Below are positions 56,924 through 64,000 of a stretch of 64,000 nt of DNA, piece by piece. A model generated the notes under the pieces. The model worked only from the letters and a program-made list of their open reading frames with translations. It had not been told where the DNA came from and made no database searches. The stretch's first letter is position 1. Every line of letters begins with the position of its first letter. This DNA is from Gemmatimonadaceae bacterium (GTDB taxonomy: Bacteria > Gemmatimonadota > Gemmatimonadetes > Gemmatimonadales > Gemmatimonadaceae). Where the stretch lies: the NCBI GenBank assembly GCA_013697785.1, contig JACCWE010000150.1:2474-66473 (forward strand), in the 5' to 3' direction. Position numbers and translations under genes: made by a program.

Positions 56924-59900
56924 ATGCTGAATGCCATCGTACGGATTTCGGTCCGCCATCGCGGAATCGTCATCGCGCTGGCCACAGCGTTCGTGCTCTA
57001 CGGAGCTCTCGTTCTCACACGTACCAAGTATGATGTCTTTCCCGAGTTCGCGCCGCCACAGGTCAGCATTCAGACCGAGGCGCCCGGGCTCACGTCGGAG
57101 CAGGTGGAGATTCTCGTGACGCGACCGATCGAAAACGCAATCAACGGCGTGCAGGGTATCGCTTCGGTGCGGTCCCAGTCGATCCAGGGGCTCTCCGCCA
57201 TTACCACTATCTTCGGCGAAGGGACTGATATCTACCGCGCGCGCCAATCTGTGGCAGAGCGACTCGCAGAGTTGAGCGGCGCACTCCCGCAGGCCGCCCG
57301 AGCACCCGTGATCACCCCGCTTACGTCGTCAACGGGGACAGTGCTCGTCCTCGGACTCACGTCCGGCTCGCGTTCGCTTCGCGACCTCAGGACGTACGCG
57401 GACTGGACGCTGCGGCCGGAGCTGCTCGCCGTTCCGGGAGTGGCGCGCGTGACGGTGCACGGCGGCGACGTGCGACAGCTCCAGATAGAGGTGGATCCGC
57501 TTCGTCTTCGCAGCTACCGCCTCACGATGACGGACGTAGTGAGCGCAGCGCAACGGGCGACGGGCGTGCGCGGAGCCGGTGCGATCAGTAATGCGAACGA
57601 GCAACTCTCCGTACGCACGGAGGGGCAGCAGGCAACGGTCGGGCGACTCGCGCAAAGTGTCGTCCGTGCCGATGGTCCGGCGGCGCTCCGTATCGGAGAC
57701 ATTGCGCACGTCATTGAGGGCTCGGAGCCTCGCGTAGGAGCTGCGACGGTGAATGGCCAGGATGCCGTGCAACTCGTCGTCGACGCACAGCTTGGCGCCA
57801 ATGTGCGTGAGGTTGCTGCGGGCGTGACGCATGCGCTCGATGCCATGCGTCCTGCCATTGAGGCGGAACAGATCAAACTGCATCCCGCACTCTTTCAACC
57901 TTCGAAATTCATCGACGTGGCGCTCCTCAACGTCGAGCACTCGCTCCTCATCGGTGGCTCGCTCGTCGCGGTGGTGCTCCTGCTCTTCCTCGCAGATTTC
58001 CGTGCGGCAGCCGTTTCGCTGACGGCGATTCCACTCTCGCTTCTGGCGGCTATCGTCGTGCTCGATATGCTCGGACTGACGATCAACACGCTGACGCTTG
58101 GCGGACTCGCCATTGCCATCGGCGAGGTCGTAGACGATGCGATTATCGACGTCGAGAATATTGGTCGCCGCTTGCGAGAGAATCGATCGCGCGCGGAACC
58201 CAAGCCACTGTCTCAAGTGGTGTTCAACGCATCCGTCGAGGTGCGCTCGAGCGTCGTCTACGCGACATTTTTGGTCGCGCTCGTTTTTATCCCGGTGGTT
58301 GGACTCACCGGAGTACAGGGAGCCTTTTTTCGTCCGCTCGGCCTGGCCTACCTCTTTGCGATCCTCGCCTCCCTGTTGGTGGCCCTCACGGTAACTCCTG
58401 CACTGGCGTTCGTGCTGCTCGCGCGGCGCACGGGACACGGGGGCGACTCGCCATTGGTCGAGTGGCTCAAAGTGCGTTATACGCGTCAGCTCTCCTCACT
58501 TCAGCAGCATCCCGGAACGATCATCGCCGCCTCGGGAATACTGATCGTGGTCGCGGTAGTCATGGTACCTTTTTTCGGCGGCAGCTTCCTACCCGAGTTC
58601 AATGAGGGGCACTTGCGGCTGCACATGGCCGCCGTCCCAGGCACTTCTCTCGATGAGTCGATTCGCATCGGGAACGCGGTGACTGCGTCGCTCCGACTCG
58701 ATAAGCGCGTCCGCTCCGTGGCGCAGCGTGCAGGTCGTGCCGAAGCTGCGGAGGACACGTACGGACCCTACTATAGTGAGATGGAAGTCGATCTCGCTCC
58801 GCTCTCGGGTGCCGAGGCTGCGCGATTTCAGACGGGCCTTCGCCGCATGGTCAATACGTTTCCCGGCGCTCATTTCCTCATCATGCCCTATCTCACGGAG
58901 CGCATCGAAGAAACGCTCTCCGGAAGCACCGCTCCTCTCGTCGTCAAAATCTTCGGTGACAATCTCGACAGTCTCGATGCGGCCACCCGAACGATTGACG
59001 ACCTCGTACGCCGAGTGCCCGATGCTGTAGATGTCCAGTCCAGCTCGGCCGCAGTATCGCCCGAGGTGCTCGTCCGTCTCAAGCCACAGGCCCTGACGAG
59101 TGCGGGTGTCCCCGCCCTCGACGCGCTCTCCGCGGTGGAGACTGCGACACAGGGCGAACGAGTGGCGCAGGTGTTCGAAGGCAATCGCGCGACGGACGTG
59201 GTGGTGAAGATCAACCAGGGACGTCTCTCGCGCCCCGAGGATCTCGCGCAAATACCGCTCGCAACCTTGGGTGGCCGGGTGATCCCTCTCGGCGAAGTCG
59301 CCGATATCGCACGCGTCACAGGACGCTATAGCGTGGCGCACGAGGGAGCGCGCCGCATCCAGACGGTGACGGCGTCCGCTGGATCGGGCGACCTGGCGGC
59401 ATTCACCTCGAAGGTCGAGAAACGGTTGACCGGAGCATCACTGCCGGGCGGCATTTACACGGAGGTGGTTGGGTCAGCGACCGCACGGCGCGAGGCGCAG
59501 CGAGAATTGCTCCTCCGCGGGCTCCTTGCGGGTGCGGGTATCCTCGTGCTGCTCTGGCTAGCCTTCGGTAACCTGCGCCAGCTTCTCCTGGTGCTCGCCA
59601 ACCTGCCCTTCGCGCTTGTGGGCGGTGTGTTCGCGGTATTTGTCACCGGTGCTTCCGTCTCGCTTGGATCGTTAGTCGGATTCGTGACACTCTTTGGCAT
59701 TACGACGCGCAACGCAATCATGCTGATCGCGCACTACGACCATCTCGTAAGGCATGAGGGAGAAACGTGGGGACCTGCAGCGGCCATCCGCGGAGCGACC
59801 GAGCGACTTGGACCAATTTTGATGACGGCTGTCATTACGGGACTCGGTCTCTTGCCGCTCGCGATCGGAAGTGGCGATCCCGGACGTGAGATCGAGGGAC

Positions 59901-60016
59901 CGCTCGCGATCGTGATACTCGGGGGACTCGTGACATCGACGGTCTTGAGCCTGTTCGTGCTGCCGACGCTTGCGTTGCGCTACGGGCGCTTCGGCGAGCT
60001 GGAGCTCGATACGTGA
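56924..60016 (+). CDS. Heavy-metal-efflux RND transporter (CusA/CzcA family)
   Basis: About 1030 aa, with 12 TM segments and two large periplasmic loops. TM4 motif LAIAIGEVVDDAIIDVENI. ATG 56924 (MLNAIVRISVRH). Confidence 0.9.
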   Translation: MLNAIVRISVRHRGIVIALATAFVLYGALVLTRTKYDVFPEFAPPQVSIQTEAPGLTSEQVEILVTRPIENAINGVQGIASVRSQSIQGLSAITTIFGEGTDIYRARQSVAERLAELSGALPQAARAPVITPLTSSTGTVLVLGLTSGSRSLRDLRTYADWTLRPELLAVPGVARVTVHGGDVRQLQIEVDPLRLRSYRLTMTDVVSAAQRATGVRGAGAISNANEQLSVRTEGQQATVGRLAQSVVRADGPAALRIGDIAHVIEGSEPRVGAATVNGQDAVQLVVDAQLGANVREVAAGVTHALDAMRPAIEAEQIKLHPALFQPSKFIDVALLNVEHSLLIGGSLVAVVLLLFLADFRAAAVSLTAIPLSLLAAIVVLDMLGLTINTLTLGGLAIAIGEVVDDAIIDVENIGRRLRENRSRAEPKPLSQVVFNASVEVRSSVVYATFLVALVFIPVVGLTGVQGAFFRPLGLAYLFAILASLLVALTVTPALAFVLLARRTGHGGDSPLVEWLKVRYTRQLSSLQQHPGTIIAASGILIVVAVVMVPFFGGSFLPEFNEGHLRLHMAAVPGTSLDESIRIGNAVTASLRLDKRVRSVAQRAGRAEAAEDTYGPYYSEMEVDLAPLSGAEAARFQTGLRRMVNTFPGAHFLIMPYLTERIEETLSGSTAPLVVKIFGDNLDSLDAATRTIDDLVRRVPDAVDVQSSSAAVSPEVLVRLKPQALTSAGVPALDALSAVETATQGERVAQVFEGNRATDVVVKINQGRLSRPEDLAQIPLATLGGRVIPLGEVADIARVTGRYSVAHEGARRIQTVTASAGSGDLAAFTSKVEKRLTGASLPGGIYTEVVGSATARREAQRELLLRGLLAGAGILVLLWLAFGNLRQLLLVLANLPFALVGGVFAVFVTGASVSLGSLVGFVTLFGITTRNAIMLIAHYDHLVRHEGETWGPAAAIRGATERLGPILMTAVITGLGLLPLAIGSGDPGREIEGPLAIVILGGLVTSTVLSLFVLPTLALRYGRFGELELDT

Positions 60017-60816
60017 CGCCGATCCTTCGCGTCACACTGCTCTATTCGTTGGTGCCAGTATGCTTCACGATCCTGGGCGCGACGATCAGCACCTTGTGGC
60101 CGGCCATGCGGCGGCTTCGGAGCCACGTGTTGTATCTCGCGGCGGGAGTGGTTTTCGCCGTTGTCGCCGTAGAGCTGCTGCCCGAGATCCAACGGCGCGC
60201 TCTGGTCTGGGATGTTGTTCTTGGATTCGCGCTGGGTATCGGAACGATGCTGGGAGTGGATCGCGTGTTGGACCATATGCGGAGCAAGGACAACGAAGAG
60301 ACGGACAGCACGGTTGAGAGACCGCAGCAGCTTTCTGACCGAGGTCGCAACTCTTCCGATCCTCCGCGCGCAACTACCGCCGTCGGCCTTAGCCTCCTCG
60401 TTGCCATCGGCATTGATTTCCTGCTTGACGGGTTGTTGCTAGGCGTAGGATTCGCTGCCGGCGCGAGGATCGGGATTTTGTTGGCGCTCGCAGAGGCTGC
60501 GGAGCAGTTGAGCGTGGGGCTCGCAGTCGCCGGCGAAATGGTGAACGCGGGGCTCAGTCGCACTCGCGTCATCACGATCGTCTCGGCACTCGGCAGCCTG
60601 GTGTTCGTAAGCGCAGTGCTCGGGGCGACGGTGCTCGCCCGATTCTCAGGCGGAGCGATGGAAGTGGTGCTTTCCTTCGGCGTAGCTGCGCTTCTCTATC
60701 TGGTGACCGAAGAGCTACTGCGCGAAGCGCACGAAGAGCGCGAGACGACAATGGGTACGATGATGTTTTTTACAGGATTTCTGGCCTTTCTCGTGATCGG
60801 GATGACGTTGAAGTAG
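60013..60816 (+). CDS. ZIP-superfamily-like metal permease (divergent)
   Basis: GTG 60013 overlaps the RND stop (GTGA). About 8 TM segments. ELLPEI and LYLVTEELLREA are ZIP-like. The usual HNxxEG and QDxxEG positions read DFLLDG and AEAAEQ. Confidence 0.6.
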   Translation: MTPILRVTLLYSLVPVCFTILGATISTLWPAMRRLRSHVLYLAAGVVFAVVAVELLPEIQRRALVWDVVLGFALGIGTMLGVDRVLDHMRSKDNEETDSTVERPQQLSDRGRNSSDPPRATTAVGLSLLVAIGIDFLLDGLLLGVGFAAGARIGILLALAEAAEQLSVGLAVAGEMVNAGLSRTRVITIVSALGSLVFVSAVLGATVLARFSGGAMEVVLSFGVAALLYLVTEELLREAHEERETTMGTMMFFTGFLAFLVIGMTLK

Positions 60817-60908
60817 TCGGTGAGAAACGAACTCTTCTTAGGAACGTCCCTCACCCGCTCTTGTATCGGTGGGGGCGGAGTGCCCGTGTGGTGGAAGGAA
60901 CGAATTCG

Positions 60909-61562
60909 TCATTCGCCCTCACACATTCGCCAGTGCGAGAGCAGCGCCGCCGTCCTCGGCGCCCGCTCCGGCCGCGCCCGCAACTCCCGCGCAAGGCGTT
61001 CGAGGTCCGTGGGCACATCCACGTCGTACCACTTCTCACTCACCGCCGCCGTCAGCCCCAATCCCCGCCCGCGCGCCACGAGCACTTCGAGCGCCGCCCC
61101 CGTCCCCATCGCAATCGGATCAAACAACCCGGCATGCGCCCGACTCCCCCCCACCAAGTAAAAGCCGCCGTCCTCACTCGGCCCGAACACCAGGTCATGA
61201 TCCGTGAGCGCCTCAAACGCACCCACCAGTACCGCCGGCGGCAGGTGCGGACTGTCTCCATTGATGGCAATCACGCGGCGCTCCGGCTCGCAAAGTAGCT
61301 CGAACGCTGACGTCAGCCCCTCAGCGAGTCCCTTCCCGCACTGCTCCACCACGCGAACCTCCGACGGCAGCCACGCCCTGATTTCCCCCGCATCGCCAGC
61401 CGGACACATGACCGCCACACTGACGCCGACGGTGCGAGCCAGCGCGATGGTATCTTCGATGAGCGCCCGGTACAGTTCGACGACCTGATCACACGGGTAC
61501 ACCGAAGCGAGGCGCGTCTTCACGTGACCGGCGCGCGGAGCTTTCGCCATTATCGCCAGCAC
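60909..61562 (-). CDS. DUF2064 (TIGR04282-type, CofC-like) nucleotidyl/glycosyl-transferase family protein
   Basis: LAIMAKAPRAGHVKTRL, INGDSPHL, FGPSEDGGFYLVG and WYDVDVPTDL are the family hallmarks. The start is uncertain (GTG 61562, ATG 61550 or TTG 61625). Confidence 0.75.
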   Translation of the reverse strand: MLAIMAKAPRAGHVKTRLASVYPCDQVVELYRALIEDTIALARTVGVSVAVMCPAGDAGEIRAWLPSEVRVVEQCGKGLAEGLTSAFELLCEPERRVIAINGDSPHLPPAVLVGAFEALTDHDLVFGPSEDGGFYLVGGSRAHAGLFDPIAMGTGAALEVLVARGRGLGLTAAVSEKWYDVDVPTDLERLARELRARPERAPRTAALLSHWRMCEGE

Positions 61563-61639
61563 ACGGTCGTGATCAGAGTGCGTCAGATCGTCGCCTCCTA
61601 GAGATTTGCAGACCTTCAATATCAAGAGTCATACGGCCC

Positions 61640-62686
61640 ATGGCACCCGCACCGCTACCCGCGCGCGTCGAGTTTGACACCGGCGATCGCACGTTCGAAT
61701 CGGGATTGCTGCTCGATCTCCTGTCGGCCCTCAAACGAACGACGGCCGGCGATCTGATTGCGCTCACTGGCCGCGATGCGTCCGCCATCGAATCCGATCT
61801 CGACGCCTGGTCTCGCCTCACTGGACACTCGATTGTCGCACGAACCACCGGCGACGACGGCACACGCTGGGTGATCCGGCACGGTGCCGCGGACGGCCAC
61901 CCAGTTTACGCGCGGCCGCTCGGCGAACGCCTGTGGATCTACGTCAACTTTCACTGCAACCTCCATTGCGACTACTGCTGCGTGCGTTCGTCGCCGAGGG
62001 CGTCACCACGCGTGCTCGGCCTCGATCGCGTTCGCCGTATCGCGCTGGAGGCGCAGCCGCTCGGCGTGCGCGAGCTCTTCGTCACGGGCGGAGAGCCGTT
62101 TCTGCTGGAGGATATAGACGACATCGTCATCGCGCTCGTCGAAGCAGCGCCGGTAACTCTGCTCACGAACGGCATGCTCTTTCGAGGGCCGCGACTCGCC
62201 GCTCTCAAACGGATGCCGCGCTCCGGCGTGACGCTTCAGATCAGCGTCGATAGTCCCGATCCCGCTCTGCACGATTCGCATCGCGGCAACGGCGCCTGGC
62301 GGCGTGCGCTCGACGGAATTGATGTGGCGCGGGCCGAAGGCTTTCGCGTGCGTCTGGCGGCGACGGTGGCGACGGACGCGGACGAGAAGCGGTTCACGGC
62401 GTTTCTCGATGCCAGAGAGATCCCGGCGGAGGATCGCGTCATTCGGCGCGTCGCGCTGCGAGGCGCGGCGGAGAGCGGCGTCGCGCTGTCACGCGCCGAC
62501 CTGGTTCCGGAGATCACGATCACCGCCGACGGCGTCTACTGGCATCCGGTCGGCGCCGACGATGCCGACATGCTCGTCACGCGCGAGGTCTTTCCGTTGG
62601 CCGACGCGTTCGAAGCGGTTCGAGAGCACTTGGCCCGCGAGCGCGCGCACGGTGATCGCCTCGCGTCCGTGTTCCACTGCGCTTAA
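61640..62686 (+). CDS. Radical SAM protein with an N-terminal TusA-like (Cys-less) domain
   Basis: CNLHCDYCC (CxxxCxxC) at about residue 106, plus GGEPFL and the remaining TIM-barrel motifs. The N-terminal ~85 aa, FDTGDRTFESGLLLDLLSALKRTTAGDLIALTGRDASAIESDLDAWSRLTGHSIV, follow the TusA/SirA pattern, but FESG replaces CPxP. Confidence 0.75.
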   Translation: MAPAPLPARVEFDTGDRTFESGLLLDLLSALKRTTAGDLIALTGRDASAIESDLDAWSRLTGHSIVARTTGDDGTRWVIRHGAADGHPVYARPLGERLWIYVNFHCNLHCDYCCVRSSPRASPRVLGLDRVRRIALEAQPLGVRELFVTGGEPFLLEDIDDIVIALVEAAPVTLLTNGMLFRGPRLAALKRMPRSGVTLQISVDSPDPALHDSHRGNGAWRRALDGIDVARAEGFRVRLAATVATDADEKRFTAFLDAREIPAEDRVIRRVALRGAAESGVALSRADLVPEITITADGVYWHPVGADDADMLVTREVFPLADAFEAVREHLARERAHGDRLASVFHCA

Positions 62687-63558
62687 CCCGCCCGCGCCGC
62701 CGGATTTCCGAAGAAGCCCTGCTCGCGGCACGCCTCCTCGAGCGCTCCGTATCCATCTAGCTCTGCGGGAATCCACTGTCGCAGCCCTTCGGCCTCGAGC
62801 GTCGGCCGATGCACGGGATTGTCGAAGCTCATTCGCAGCAGCGCATCGGTGAATCGTTGCTCGATTTCCGGCTCGAGCCCCACTCGAGCGGTGAACATGC
62901 AGTGGGAATATTGGGGCGACGTCCACACGACGGAAAGCGCACCTGCGGGAACGACGTGCTGGTCTTGCGCGCCCGCCCAGAACGGGCTGCCGACGGCGCC
63001 GGCGTCGGCTCGCCCGTCGAGCACGGCCGTGAGCACGTCGACCTCGCTCGTGCCGGTGTCGCCATGCTTGCCAACGTCGGTATTGATCCGCAGCGTGCGG
63101 TAGTCGCGCCCCTCCACCATGTTCTGCTGCGCGAGGAAGTGGACGGGCAGAATAGCGGCGTGTCCGCTGTCGCGACTTCCCAACGCGAGCGTTCGCCTCC
63201 GGAGATCGCCGAGCGACGCCACCGCGCCGCCCGTCGGCGCGATGATCAGCGTGCTCCACCCCAGATCGGTGTCACGCATGGCGAGGGGGCGGCACGCGTT
63301 CGCGCTCCATTCGCGCGCCTGCACAAATGCCAGATTGGTGTTCCACGCAATGTCGATGCGCGGACCGGTGTCGCCGGGCTCGGCGAGCAGCGCCTGCACT
63401 TGCGCCTCGTACGTCTGAAAAAGTATGACTTCGACGTCGAGATGTGCCTCGTCGCGAAAATAGCGGCGCATGCCTTCCCAGATGGGAACGACCTTCGCGT
63501 CATACGCCACGGCGCCCAGCCAGATGGTTCGAAGGATCACGCTCTGCTCCTCTCCCAC
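62683..63558 (-). CDS. PhnD/SsuA-type periplasmic-binding-protein-fold protein without a signal peptide
   Basis: GTG 63558 gives MGEEQSVILRTIWLGAVAY..., with no hydrophobic leader. PhnD-like motifs DIAWNTNLAFVQA and GSRDSGHAAILP. It lies 5 nt downstream of the acyl-CoA dehydrogenase stop. Confidence 0.7.
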   Translation of the reverse strand: MGEEQSVILRTIWLGAVAYDAKVVPIWEGMRRYFRDEAHLDVEVILFQTYEAQVQALLAEPGDTGPRIDIAWNTNLAFVQAREWSANACRPLAMRDTDLGWSTLIIAPTGGAVASLGDLRRRTLALGSRDSGHAAILPVHFLAQQNMVEGRDYRTLRINTDVGKHGDTGTSEVDVLTAVLDGRADAGAVGSPFWAGAQDQHVVPAGALSVVWTSPQYSHCMFTARVGLEPEIEQRFTDALLRMSFDNPVHRPTLEAEGLRQWIPAELDGYGALEEACREQGFFGNPAARAG

Positions 63559-63563
63559 GTTCC

Positions 63564-64000
63564 TTAAAATAGCGGCAGGCCGAGCAGCGCCTTGCCGATG
63601 AATTCGCGCAAGACGTCGTTGGTCGGCGCCATGACGGCGCCCGCGTGCGCGTCGCGGAAATATCGTTCGATGCCGGTATGACGCGAGAACGCCGCGCCGC
63701 CGCAGGTGCGCATCGCGAGCGACGTCACCGCGATCGCGGTCTCGCCGGCGGCTGCCTTCACCTCGAGCACCCGGAGCATCGTCAAATCACCCGGATGTTC
63801 GAGGTGACCGACGGTGTCGTCGATGCGCGCCCGCAAACCGTCGGTCTCTATCTGCATTGTTGCAAGCTGCGCGCGGAGGTTGGGGAGCGCCTCGCCGAGC
63901 GACGCCGAGCCCAGATGCTCGAACTTCGCGTTCTTGAGGTGCGCGATCGTCGCCGCCGTAGCCGCTCGGCAGAGACCGAGCGAGACGGCCGCCTGCCCGA
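63564..64000 (-). CDS. Acyl-CoA dehydrogenase family protein, C-terminal part (5' end outside the window)
   Basis: The frame is open to the window end. ...GQAAVSLGLCRAA...TSLAMRTCGGAAFSRHTGIERYFRDAHAGAVMAPTNDVLREFIGKALLGLPLF is a typical ACAD C-terminal helical domain. Confidence 0.8.
   Translation of the reverse strand, partial: GQAAVSLGLCRAATAATIAHLKNAKFEHLGSASLGEALPNLRAQLATMQIETDGLRARIDDTVGHLEHPGDLTMLRVLEVKAAAGETAIAVTSLAMRTCGGAAFSRHTGIERYFRDAHAGAVMAPTNDVLREFIGKALLGLPLF

Noticed and set aside
1-64000. Search by eye for tRNA, rRNA, tmRNA or RNase P genes, CRISPR arrays, transposases, integrases and phage genes in all intergenic gaps longer than 100 nt.
   Set aside because: No cloverleaf-like or rRNA-like sequence, regular repeat-spacer array or mobility gene was seen. 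A covariance-model scan (tRNAscan-SE or Infernal) would be needed to exclude small RNAs formally.

Overview
High-GC (about 65-70% by spot counts) bacterial chromosomal segment, gene-dense on both strands. I count about 54 intact protein-coding genes and 5 pseudogenes or gene remnants. By eye I found no rRNA, tRNA, CRISPR array, transposase, integrase or phage gene. The family mix (BNR/sortilin-like propeller, BTAD-TolB-TPR regulator, LVIVD/DUF305, many small lipoproteins) suggests a Gemmatimonadota- or Acidobacteriota-like soil bacterium, but that is only a guess.

Recognisable content:
- Secreted hydrolases, an ABC-F ATPase next to a PLP decarboxylase, and a class II UvrA paralog.
- Two APC permeases, a TPR-HD-GYP phosphodiesterase, aldehyde dehydrogenase with DUF779, an NhaP-type antiporter, and a Kir-like channel with a TTGTG filter.
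- A GAF histidine kinase and a five-gene translationally coupled operon (creatininase family, ketopantoate-reductase-like, SDR, M20, APC permease).
- A lower-GC accessory stretch (about 49.0-60.85 kb) carrying a heavy-metal two-component system, an OMF-MFP-RND efflux operon and a ZIP-like permease.

Most interesting unexplained items:
1. A duplicated two-gene module of unknown family (8953-10597, with a decayed copy at 3764-4643).
2. Two tandem 174-aa ZU5-like lipoproteins that end in an HFS autoproteolysis-type motif.
3. A DUF2064 transferase divergent from a radical SAM protein carrying a Cys-less TusA-like N-domain.
4. A hairpin-less RND adaptor, and an exporter translationally coupled to a ZIP-like permease.
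5. Two truncated convergent gene remnants that meet at an 8-bp palindrome beside the metal island.

All functional calls come from reading motifs in the supplied translations. No database search was run.
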